NCBI GenBank assembly: GCA_963677595.1
Contig: OY782041.1
Location: forward strand, 1,344,001 to 1,408,000
DNA: 64,000 nucleotides
Reading direction: 5' to 3'
From: Spirochaetia bacterium
GTDB taxonomy: Bacteria > Spirochaetota > Spirochaetia > CAKZLE01
Shown here: piece by piece, positions 1 to 8,407 of the stretch
How the letters are laid out: every line of letters begins with the position of its first letter
Numbering within the stretch: position 1 is the first letter of the stretch
Notes under the pieces: model-generated
Told to the model about the DNA's origin: nothing
The model's input: the letters and a program-made list of their open reading frames with translations, nothing else
Databases searched by the model: none
Translations under genes and position numbers: made by a program

Positions 1-1566
1 GGCGGCGGGTTCGGCGGGAAGGACGACACAGCAGCCTGCGTCTGTGCACGGGCAGCCCTCGGCGCCCGCCTCCTGCGCAGGCCGGTAAAGATGACCTATG
101 CCAGGGAGTGGTCCATACGGGAATCCTACAAGCGCCACCCCTATAAGCTCCATTACAAGGTCGGTGTGAGCAGCGAAGGACGCATCGAGGCAGTGAAGAC
201 CGAGATGTATGCCGATTCAGGCGCCTACCTCTCAGTCACCCCCTGGGTCACCTGGAGATCCACTGCACAGTGCTGCGGCCCCTACTCCGTCGACCATGTC
301 CATGCCGACGTCTACGGTGTCGCGACCAACAACCTCTTCACCGGGGCTATGAGGGGATTCGGCTCCCCGCAGGTCAACTTCGCCATGGAGCAGATCATCG
401 ACATGATCGCCGAGAAGCTGAGCATCCACCCGCTCGGCCTCAGGCGGATCAACATGGTGAAGCAGGGCTCTGCCACCGTCACCGGCCAGGTGCTGGACGA
501 CCATACGGTCAGCATGGAAGAGGTCATGAACAAGACGGTGGAGACCATCGGCTACCGGAAGAAATACGAGAAATGCTCACGGGGCAAGAGTGAGTCAGAT
601 GAGCTCTACGGCATCGGGCTCGCGATCAGCTACCGAGGTTCCAGCCTCGGTGCCGAAGGCATGGACTTCTGCTCGGCCATCATCAACGGGCAGTATGACG
701 GCTCCATCCTGGTAGAGACCGGCATCCACGAGAACGGGCAGGGTTCCGAGTCGGTCATGATGCTGGTCCTCGCAGAGGAGCTGGGTGTGAACCTGAAGCG
801 TATCAGGTACCGACGCTCATCGACGAGCAACATCCCGGACAGCGGCACCACGGTGGCCACGAGGGGCACGATCATGGGATCGAGCTCGGTCGTCATCGCC
901 GCAAAACAGTTCAAGGAACTGCTCTCCACCCATCTTGCCGAACGTCTGAAGTGTACACCTGAAGAGGTGACCTTCCACAGTGACAAGATCTGGGGCAAGA
1001 CCTTCGACCAGAGCCTTACCTGGGAAGAGGCCATGAAGGAGCTCTTCCTCCAACGGGTCACCCCCTATGCCTTCGGGACCTTCCAGGCCCCGGATGTGAG
1101 CTGGGATGACACTACCGGCCAGGGGAATGCCTACTTCACCTATGTATACAGCTGCCAGGCAGCAGAGGTCTCGGTGAACCGGAAGACCGGCAAGATCACC
1201 CTCCTCAATATCGTGGCATCCCATGATATCGGGAAGGCGATCAACAAGTCGATGCTCCTCGGCCAGATCTACGGCGGGATCACCCAGGGTGTCGGGATGG
1301 CGCTCATGGAAGAGGTGACCTCGGAAGAAGGGAGGACCACGAGCCTCAACTTCGATAAATACAAGATCCCAAGGACCACCGACCTGCCGGAGATGACCGG
1401 GGTCATCGTGGAGAACTACGACGAGCATTCACTGACCGGTGCCAAGGGTATCGGGGAGCCTGCACTCGAGCTGATCGCCCCGGCGATCGCCAATGCTGTC
1501 TACAACGCGACCGGTATCCGCTGCAAGTCGATGCCGTTGACAATCAACCCGGAGGACCTTGCATGA
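1..1566 (+). CDS. Xanthine dehydrogenase-family molybdopterin-binding subunit (5'-truncated by window edge)
   Basis: Frame 1 is open from base 1 and reads GGGFGGKDD (Moco motif); also AMRGFG, GQG, QIYGG and AKGIGEP motifs. Confidence 0.92.
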   Translation, partial: GGGFGGKDDTAACVCARAALGARLLRRPVKMTYAREWSIRESYKRHPYKLHYKVGVSSEGRIEAVKTEMYADSGAYLSVTPWVTWRSTAQCCGPYSVDHVHADVYGVATNNLFTGAMRGFGSPQVNFAMEQIIDMIAEKLSIHPLGLRRINMVKQGSATVTGQVLDDHTVSMEEVMNKTVETIGYRKKYEKCSRGKSESDELYGIGLAISYRGSSLGAEGMDFCSAIINGQYDGSILVETGIHENGQGSESVMMLVLAEELGVNLKRIRYRRSSTSNIPDSGTTVATRGTIMGSSSVVIAAKQFKELLSTHLAERLKCTPEEVTFHSDKIWGKTFDQSLTWEEAMKELFLQRVTPYAFGTFQAPDVSWDDTTGQGNAYFTYVYSCQAAEVSVNRKTGKITLLNIVASHDIGKAINKSMLLGQIYGGITQGVGMALMEEVTSEEGRTTSLNFDKYKIPRTTDLPEMTGVIVENYDEHSLTGAKGIGEPALELIAPAIANAVYNATGIRCKSMPLTINPEDLA

Positions 1567-2066
1567 GCAATACCATCACCATAAACAATAAGGCGGTCAC
1601 GATCACCGATGACCAGCTGGGCATGTCATTACTCCACTTCCTGCGCGAGCAGCAGTTCCTCAACGGCGTGAAGAATGGCTGTGAGAAGGGGCTGTGCGGA
1701 AGCTGCACCATCTCCCTTGACGACAGGGCGGTCCGTTCCTGCAAGCTGAAGGTAGAGAAGGCGGTCGGGAAGTCAATCATCACGGTGGAGGGGATGGAGT
1801 TCGCTGACGGGTCTCTCCACCCGATCCAGCAGGCATTCATCGATGCGGGAGCCGTGCAGTGCGGGTTCTGTACCCCGGGCATGATCATGTCATCCTATAC
1901 CCTGCTGCTGAAGAACAGCCACCCTACCAGGGAGGAGATCAGGAAGGCCCTGAGGGGAAACCTCTGCAGGTGCACGGGCTACCAACAGATCATCGATGCG
2001 GTGCAGATCGCCGCGAAGTATATCGATGAGCAGGGGCTCTCCCCGCTGGCAGGCTGCCTGCAGTAG
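1563..2066 (+). CDS. (2Fe-2S)-binding small subunit of Mo-hydroxylase (CoxS/XdhC-like)
   Basis: CEKGLCGSC...C and QCGFCTPG...NLCRCTGY motifs; ATGA overlap with the upstream gene. Confidence 0.93.
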   Translation: MSNTITINNKAVTITDDQLGMSLLHFLREQQFLNGVKNGCEKGLCGSCTISLDDRAVRSCKLKVEKAVGKSIITVEGMEFADGSLHPIQQAFIDAGAVQCGFCTPGMIMSSYTLLLKNSHPTREEIRKALRGNLCRCTGYQQIIDAVQIAAKYIDEQGLSPLAGCLQ

Positions 2067-2088
2067 AGCCAAGAGAGCTGGACAAAAC

Positions 2089-2129
2089 ACAACGAGGGGT
2101 ATCATCATGATGGTGATACCCCTCGTTGT
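2089..2129 (+). terminator. Stem-loop after the Mo-hydroxylase operon
   Basis: ACAACGAGGGGTATCA / TGATACCCCTCGTTGT, perfect 16-bp inverted repeat. Confidence 0.7.
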
Positions 2130-2138
2130 ATAAGGATG

Positions 2139-2219
2139 AAAAAAAATAGAGGCTGCCGATCCCTGACGACAGCCCCTGAAGAAAGTATGGCAGCAGATAA
2201 CCCTTAACAATCTTGCTAC
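2139..2219 (-). ncRNA. Putative ~80-nt small RNA
   Basis: Minus-strand promoter TTTACA(2254-2249)-17bp-TATATT(2231-2226) with TG extension, then a 5' hairpin, a single-stranded CAUACUUUCUU, and a GC hairpin plus U-run terminator; no ORF inside. Confidence 0.55.
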
Positions 2220-2401
2220 ACTTGTAATATAACATAGTTCACTAGTTTTGTAAACATTAAAAGAGAAGAATCTCCCCCAATTGTTGACCCTGCTCCTTCC
2301 TGGACCGAAGCTGCCTCCAAGGTTTCTCGGAAAGCAGATTCTGATACCGCTTTTGTTGAAAACCGTGGTATCATATTCTATCTTTTTCACACATAGGGAA
2401 G

Positions 2402-3337
2402 ATGTATATGATCCGACACCTCACCGTGATCCTGAACCCCGTTGCCGCCAACGGGTTCGCAGAACAGAAGATACCCGAGATACGAACACGCCTGGATGCC
2501 CATACTGTACCCTACACGATGCTCTTGACCGAGTATCCCGGGCATGCGAAGGAACTTGCCATACAGGTCTCGGAGCAAGGAGAGACGGCAGTCGTCGCTG
2601 CCGGCGGGGACGGGACGATCAACGAGGTCATCAACGGGCTCATGGAGCAGACCGCGGTGAAGCAGCCATTCCTGGGGATCATCCCAATCGGCCGGGGGAA
2701 TGACTTCGCCTTCGGGGTATCGATCCCGAAGGACCTGGATGCCGCCCTCGATATCATCTGTGACGGGTTCACGAAGCATATCGACATCGGGCAGGTCAAG
2801 GGCGGGGACTATCCCGACGGCAGGTGGTTCGGCAACGGGATCGGTATCGGCTTCGATACCATCGTAGGGCTTGAAGCCGCGAAGATGAAGCACCTGCACG
2901 GCGCTGCCGGCTATATCTTCGGGGCACTAAAGACCCTCATCCTCTACCCGAAGGCCCCTACGCTCACGATAACCCATGACAACGGCATCGAATCCCTCAC
3001 CCCGGCACTCGTCTCGATCATGAACGGGCAGAGGATGGGAGGTTCGTTCCTCATGGCCCCCGAGGGGGACCCGACCGATGGACTCTTCAACCTCTGCATG
3101 ACAGATCAAGGCAGACGCGGGCGGCTCCTCAAGGACATGCTGCACTACTTCAAGGGCACACAGGCCTCACTTGATGATACCTATACCCTCAAGTCGACAG
3201 CCTACCGGATCACTGCCGAGGAAGGGACCATGGCAGTCCATGCCGACGGCGAGACCATCTGCATAGCTGGGACCTCCCTCGAGGTGACCTGCCATCACCA
3301 TGCGGTGCAGCTGTTATCAGGGAAGGATGATGCATGA
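2402..3337 (+). CDS. Diacylglycerol/lipid kinase family protein (YegS/DgkB-like)
   Basis: ILNP, GGDGTINEV, PIGRGNDF and HADGE motifs. Confidence 0.9.
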   Translation: MYMIRHLTVILNPVAANGFAEQKIPEIRTRLDAHTVPYTMLLTEYPGHAKELAIQVSEQGETAVVAAGGDGTINEVINGLMEQTAVKQPFLGIIPIGRGNDFAFGVSIPKDLDAALDIICDGFTKHIDIGQVKGGDYPDGRWFGNGIGIGFDTIVGLEAAKMKHLHGAAGYIFGALKTLILYPKAPTLTITHDNGIESLTPALVSIMNGQRMGGSFLMAPEGDPTDGLFNLCMTDQGRRGRLLKDMLHYFKGTQASLDDTYTLKSTAYRITAEEGTMAVHADGETICIAGTSLEVTCHHHAVQLLSGKDDA

Positions 3338-4008
3338 CGCTCCAGGGAAGACTGGTCACCGAGTGTATCAGGGGGATCCTGAAAGTCATCTGCTCGATCG
3401 ACAGCCGGGAGATGGCAGGCGTGCCTGCAGAGGGGCCCCTCATCGTCATGGTCAACCATATCAACTTCCTCGAGGTACCGATCTTGAGCACGAAGATGCT
3501 CCCAAGAGATTTCCGCGCTCTGACCAAGCAGGAGACCTGGGACCACCCCTTCTTCCGGATCCTTGCCGAGAACTGGGGAGGCATCCCGCTCGACCGGGAG
3601 AACCCCGGGGTCGAGTCCTTCAGGAGGTCCCTGGAGAGCCTCAAGGAGAACAAGATCCTCCTGATCGCCCCGGAAGGGACCCGGACGGGGGACGGGATCC
3701 TGCGAGAGGGACACCCGGGCATCGCAAGCCTCGCCCTGAAGAGCGGGGCCCCCGTGCTTCCCGTAGCCCATTACGGGGGCGAGCAGTTCTGGACGAACAT
3801 CAAGCGGCTCCGTAGGACAAGGGTCACCATCAGGATCGGAGAACCAATCATGATCGAGAAACCCGACACACTCAACCGGCAGGCGAAACGGGAGATCACC
3901 GACCAGCTCATGTACGAGCTTGCCTCCCTCATGCCGGAACCCTATCGCGGGCACTACCGGGAGCCGAAACCATTCAACCAGTCATATCTCAGGAAAGCAG
4001 CGGAATAA
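3334..4008 (+). CDS. plsC: 1-acyl-sn-glycerol-3-phosphate acyltransferase (PlsC family)
   Basis: NH-x4-E and PEGTR motifs; overlaps the lipid kinase stop codon. Confidence 0.8.
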   Translation: MTLQGRLVTECIRGILKVICSIDSREMAGVPAEGPLIVMVNHINFLEVPILSTKMLPRDFRALTKQETWDHPFFRILAENWGGIPLDRENPGVESFRRSLESLKENKILLIAPEGTRTGDGILREGHPGIASLALKSGAPVLPVAHYGGEQFWTNIKRLRRTRVTIRIGEPIMIEKPDTLNRQAKREITDQLMYELASLMPEPYRGHYREPKPFNQSYLRKAAE

Positions 4009-4010
4009 AC

Positions 4011-4060
4011 AAAAAGGGACTGCCTCACAATCTTACTTGTGCAGCAGTCCCTGTCTTGTT
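4011..4060. terminator. Bidirectional terminator between convergent plsC and PEPCK
   Basis: AGGGACTGC...GCAGTCCCT stem with an A-run on the left and a T-rich tail on the right. Confidence 0.7.
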
Positions 4061-4084
4061 ATGTGCTAGAAACTCAGGTACAAA

Positions 4085-6004
4085 TTAGCAGCAGCAGTTA
4101 CCACCGCAGCTGTATGCTCCCGGGAGGATCTCAGCGCCGAAGTCAGCCTTAGCCTTAGTGATCTTGGCAATAGCCTCATCCCACTTGGTGATGATGTACT
4201 CGGGGCAGTTGACATCCATCTTGGTGTAGAATGCCTTTGACCTCTCGAGCTTGGCGATCCACTTGTCACATCGGAATGTGAACTGGTAGGTGTACTCCTC
4301 GAGGGTGTAGTCGAGGTCGAGGTACTTCTTGAAGAGTACCTTGAGGTCCTCGAACAGCGGGATCTTACCGGTAGGAGTCGATACAGCATCGTACTCGCCG
4401 TGTACTCGACCCTCTGCCCAGTGCAGCCATACTTTCTTTGCAAGTTTGTCTGTGCAGAACTTGCCTTCAGTAGTCCTGAGGAAGTAGTTGGTTGAGAATA
4501 CCTTCGGAACTTCAGTCATGTTCTCCACGAACTTGATGTTGTTCAGGGTATACTCACCGAGGGGATAGGAGACGAAGTCCATGTTGGCCATCGGGCTCGG
4601 GGTCCGGACACCCTCAGCACCCAGGGTAGCTGAAGTGGTCTCTGACTCGAGGGTAGCAGCCTTGAGGAGGATACCGTCTTCCCATGATGATGATTCCTCT
4701 ACTGGAACGGTAGTGTCGCTGTCACGACCGCCGTACAGGATACCTTCGAGCTTGACGCCTTCTTTTGCCTCGAACCCTTCCTTGTCGAAGTTGTCGAGGT
4801 AGTCGAGCCTCATGGTGTATCGTGCGTTACCGTGGGCCACGCCGATCTCATTGCCCTTCGCATCCTTCTTGCCGACAGACCAGTCAGAACCTGAGTGGTT
4901 GTCACCGGTGTCGGGGGTCTCGAGGCCGGAACCGAGCCAGTAGGGCTCATTGTCCGGTCCACGGAGAACGTTGGAGAAGATGACTTCCTGTCCCTTCATG
5001 AGGTTCTCGAAGATTACCGGGTCGTCCTTCTCGTTCACATCCTTGATGATACCGAAGATACCCTGCTCGACGTTGACGCCACGGAACTCACCGTTGATGT
5101 TCCTGAAGTACGCGATATCGTCACCGACGATCTGCTCGCCGGGGATCATTGCAGTAGAGGTCTTCCCGCATGCTGAAGGGTAAGCACCAGCGAAGTAGGT
5201 CTTCCGTCCTGCTTCCTCGTTGAGACAAGCCATGACGAACATGTGCTCGCAGAGCCATCCCTCTTCACCAGCCTTGTTGATAGCAAGACGCATCGAGTGC
5301 TTCTTGAGGCCGACTGAGTTACCAGCATACTGTGCGTTCATCGAGTAGACGATGTTATTCTGGGTGTCCATGTAGATCCTTCTCTTGTCGAGATTGACTG
5401 AACATCCCCTCTCATCCTGCGGGCCTGCTGAGTGGATGAACTGGAAGAAGTCGTCCTTCTCCTCATCCTTCATGCCCTTGAAGTGCTCGTAAGCGGGTCG
5501 GTAGAGAATAGCCTCTGAGTGAGCGACGTACCATGAGTCTGTGAACTGTACACAGGGGATGGTGAACTCTGAGAACGCAGGTCCCTCGCAGAAGAACTTC
5601 ACGACGGTGTCTTTACCAGCCATGTTGTCCTTAGCGATCCCCATGATCTCTGCAAGTCCGTCTTCATAAGCTACGGAGTTGAGAGAAGCCATCTTCTTGA
5701 GGTTCTCTTTGTAAACCATGTATTTCGTGTTGACCTTGTCACGTGCCTGGTCACCGTAACCGTCCCAGTGGATGGTCTGCTCATCTTTAGCAAGATTGAA
5801 CTCCTCGCCCTTCTCGATTGCCATCTTCCTGATGTACATCTCGTCTTCCTTGCTGTCGTCACAGACATAGATAGAAGCAGGGTTGCAGTGCTCGGCGAAC
5901 TTTCCGACAAAGTCCATCACTTTCTGGTTCTCGAGAACAGCGAGTTTCTGGAATGACTCCTCGCTCATTTTGCCTTTCAGCAGATCCGTATACTTTGAAT
6001 CCAT
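4085..6004 (-). CDS. pckG: Phosphoenolpyruvate carboxykinase (GTP)
   Basis: YAGNSVGLKK, WLCEHM, PSACGKT, VGDDIA and YGGRD motifs; 639 aa. Confidence 0.93.
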   Translation of the reverse strand: MDSKYTDLLKGKMSEESFQKLAVLENQKVMDFVGKFAEHCNPASIYVCDDSKEDEMYIRKMAIEKGEEFNLAKDEQTIHWDGYGDQARDKVNTKYMVYKENLKKMASLNSVAYEDGLAEIMGIAKDNMAGKDTVVKFFCEGPAFSEFTIPCVQFTDSWYVAHSEAILYRPAYEHFKGMKDEEKDDFFQFIHSAGPQDERGCSVNLDKRRIYMDTQNNIVYSMNAQYAGNSVGLKKHSMRLAINKAGEEGWLCEHMFVMACLNEEAGRKTYFAGAYPSACGKTSTAMIPGEQIVGDDIAYFRNINGEFRGVNVEQGIFGIIKDVNEKDDPVIFENLMKGQEVIFSNVLRGPDNEPYWLGSGLETPDTGDNHSGSDWSVGKKDAKGNEIGVAHGNARYTMRLDYLDNFDKEGFEAKEGVKLEGILYGGRDSDTTVPVEESSSWEDGILLKAATLESETTSATLGAEGVRTPSPMANMDFVSYPLGEYTLNNIKFVENMTEVPKVFSTNYFLRTTEGKFCTDKLAKKVWLHWAEGRVHGEYDAVSTPTGKIPLFEDLKVLFKKYLDLDYTLEEYTYQFTFRCDKWIAKLERSKAFYTKMDVNCPEYIITKWDEAIAKITKAKADFGAEILPGAYSCGGNCCC

Positions 6005-6126
6005 TTATATTACTCCTGTGATAAAAGTTATCCACAATGATATTACCTGTTTCTTTACAACAAGTTCAAGACGTTTTCCATGCGGAGCGCGATATTTTTC
6101 TAGATGAGAATGATTTGCAAGAAGGA

Positions 6127-6915
6127 TCAGCCCTGGAAGGTGAGCCAATCGGCTAAAGATTCAAGCTTTTCTTGCGTGACTCCTGCCATCTGTGTCACAT
6201 ACCCGGCAAACCCGTTGAATCTTGATGAGATCGTGTGCAGCAGCGCAGCCATGGCCTCTTCTGAGACGGTGAGGAACGGCATCGCCACCTCCGGGGGAAT
6301 ATCGAGGCCGTACTCTGAGTTGAACCTCCGCAGGTACCGTGAGAGGAGCGCCGCATCCTCCTCGGGCGTCTTCCTGCTCTTCAGGAAGTCGCGAAGTATC
6401 CCCTCCTCGGTCACCCCGACCGAACCGAGCAGGACGGCAGTGAGGAAGCCGGTGCGGTCCTTCCCCCCCGCACAGTGCACGAGGAAGCTTCCCTCAGGCT
6501 TGGAGGCTATGAGTTCGACCACCTTCCGCACCTCTCCGGTGCACTGGGCCGGCAGCTCCCGGTAGCTCTCCGTGATATAGCCGGGGACATCGACCGAACC
6601 CGGGTCAGCGGAAGCCTGTTCATAGACCGCAATGACCTGCTCGAGCCCGAGGCGCCCTGCGCTCATGTCGATATGGTGGTTCTCGATCCCCGCGATCTCC
6701 GGGTCTGGCTGGACCAGCCGTTCCCGGGCAGACCGGAGGTCTATGATGTCGGTGATGCCAAGATCCCTGATCGTTACCAATTCTTCATCTTCGAGGCCAT
6801 GGATCTTACCCATCCGGTAGAGCCGTCCCGGGCGAAGTCGTGCCCCGTACCCGTCAGCGAGATCTGATGCATCCCGGAAGTTATGTCGTTTGCGTAGCGT
6901 CTCCAATGGTCCCAT
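6127..6915 (-). CDS. Tyrosine-protein phosphatase (Y_phosphatase3 family)
   Basis: NFRD, IIDLRS and HCAGGKDRTG P-loop. Confidence 0.88.
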   Translation of the reverse strand: MGPLETLRKRHNFRDASDLADGYGARLRPGRLYRMGKIHGLEDEELVTIRDLGITDIIDLRSARERLVQPDPEIAGIENHHIDMSAGRLGLEQVIAVYEQASADPGSVDVPGYITESYRELPAQCTGEVRKVVELIASKPEGSFLVHCAGGKDRTGFLTAVLLGSVGVTEEGILRDFLKSRKTPEEDAALLSRYLRRFNSEYGLDIPPEVAMPFLTVSEEAMAALLHTISSRFNGFAGYVTQMAGVTQEKLESLADWLTFQG

Positions 6916-8121
6916 CTACTTCAACAGCTCCCGCTCCAGGTCCCTCAGGAAGAGCCCCACATCACTGACGATGCCGATCGCCTGCCCGGATCCCCGGTCA
7001 GAGAGCTTGGTCACCACCGCCGGGTTGATGTCGACGCAGATCGTCTTCACCCAGGAGGGGGTCATGTTTCCCGTCCCGATGGAGTGGAGCATGGAGGAGA
7101 GCATGATGATCATATCGGCATCCCTGATGATCTCGGCATACTGCCGCTGTGCCTCGATCATGTCGTTGACTGTCTCAGGGAGCGGCCCGTCATCCCTGAT
7201 AGACCCCGCGAGGCAGTAGGGGATCCCTGAACGTTCGACCTCGTACATGAGCCCATCGGTGAGGACCCCGTCAGCGATCGCCTGGCGTATCGACCCGCAG
7301 CCGTAGATCCGGTTGATAGCCTTCATATGGTGGTTGTGGCCGTGCTCGGCCACTGCCCCCGATCTCAGGTCGACCCCGAGAGAGGTCCCAAAGAAACGGT
7401 ATTCCAGGTCATGTACCGCTACGGCGTTCCCCCCAAGGAACCCGTGGATATACCCCTCCCTGATGATCGCCGCAAGAGCATCGGCACCGCCGGTATGGAC
7501 GACCACCGGGCCGCAGACGACCACGACCTTCCCGCCCCGCCTGTGTACCTGCCTGAGCTCCGCGGCGACCTTCTCGACGGCGACCCTGCCGCTCCGCTCG
7601 GAGGAGACCTCGTTGGCCATGAAGGCGAACTCGGAGCGCTGCTCGATGAAGGGGGGATAGACCCTGACCGAGTCGCTCCCGCAGACCACGTAGTCCCCGG
7701 CTTGTATATCCCGGAGCTTCACGCAGCTGAAGCACTTCCCGTCGAAGACGACCGCTGCATCCATCCGCTGTGACGAGACCTCGAACCAGGTCCCCCGGTA
7801 GTAGACCTCGGTACGGTGGTTCGTGGTGGAGTAGAACTCCTCGGGCACATGCCGGTCCTTGTCGGTGGGCACCAGCACGGCAGAGGGGACCTCCTTCTCG
7901 AAGGCCCCGTACCCGGTGAGCCGCCTGCCGATCTGTTGAAGCTGCTCTTCATCCCCGGCGATGACTGCCAACTCAAGGGAGGAGGCTTCCCCGGGATGCT
8001 TCCCGACATCGAACCGGGTGATCTGGTAGTCACCCTGCTCGTTGAGGATCGTGTTGAGGATCTGCGAGAAGACCCCTGAATCGATCAGGTGACCCTCTGT
8101 CTGGTAGATGCGTTTCTTCAT
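6916..8121 (-). CDS. TIGR00300-family protein (LOR/SDH N-terminal + DHS-like domain; ornithine cyclodeaminase-like, cf. C-terminal part of ArgZ/AgrE)
   Basis: EGHLIDSG, FYSTTNH, RMDA, VSSER, GNAVAVHDLE, LAGSIRDDGPLP, LHSIGTGN and KLSDRGS motifs. Confidence 0.85.
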   Translation of the reverse strand: MKKRIYQTEGHLIDSGVFSQILNTILNEQGDYQITRFDVGKHPGEASSLELAVIAGDEEQLQQIGRRLTGYGAFEKEVPSAVLVPTDKDRHVPEEFYSTTNHRTEVYYRGTWFEVSSQRMDAAVVFDGKCFSCVKLRDIQAGDYVVCGSDSVRVYPPFIEQRSEFAFMANEVSSERSGRVAVEKVAAELRQVHRRGGKVVVVCGPVVVHTGGADALAAIIREGYIHGFLGGNAVAVHDLEYRFFGTSLGVDLRSGAVAEHGHNHHMKAINRIYGCGSIRQAIADGVLTDGLMYEVERSGIPYCLAGSIRDDGPLPETVNDMIEAQRQYAEIIRDADMIIMLSSMLHSIGTGNMTPSWVKTICVDINPAVVTKLSDRGSGQAIGIVSDVGLFLRDLERELLK

Positions 8122-8196
8122 ATCTTCTGTGATACCACCATTACCGCAGAATGTAAAGCAAGAGTTCCTGCAGCCCTGAATCCGGACTCCCGGCTA

Positions 8197-8224
8197 TTGA
8201 CAATTTTTCAATTTGCCTTATATT
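8197..8224 (+). promoter_or_regulatory. Putative sigma70 promoter of the speA operon
   Basis: TTGACA-16bp-TATATT, about 180 nt upstream of the speA ATG. Confidence 0.5.
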
Positions 8225-8407
8225 GGACATAGTCTTTTAACCAAAGCCGGCAAACGGGACCTCATGCTGAGGAGTTGCTGATTATATCTTACTGGAAAAG
8301 GATATGGATGATTCTGGATAGGGTATAGTATTCTCCAAGAGGGGTCGACTGACTCACTCCCCTTCCATGCGTCACCTGACCTCTTCCGACAGGAGCGTGC
8401 ATCTGAC

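Noticed and set aside
6028-6036. Perfect DnaA box TTATCCACA upstream of PEPCK (another, TGTGAATAA, at 45448-45456)
   Set aside because: Isolated single boxes; one or two are expected by chance in 64 kb, and there is no cluster or origin context.
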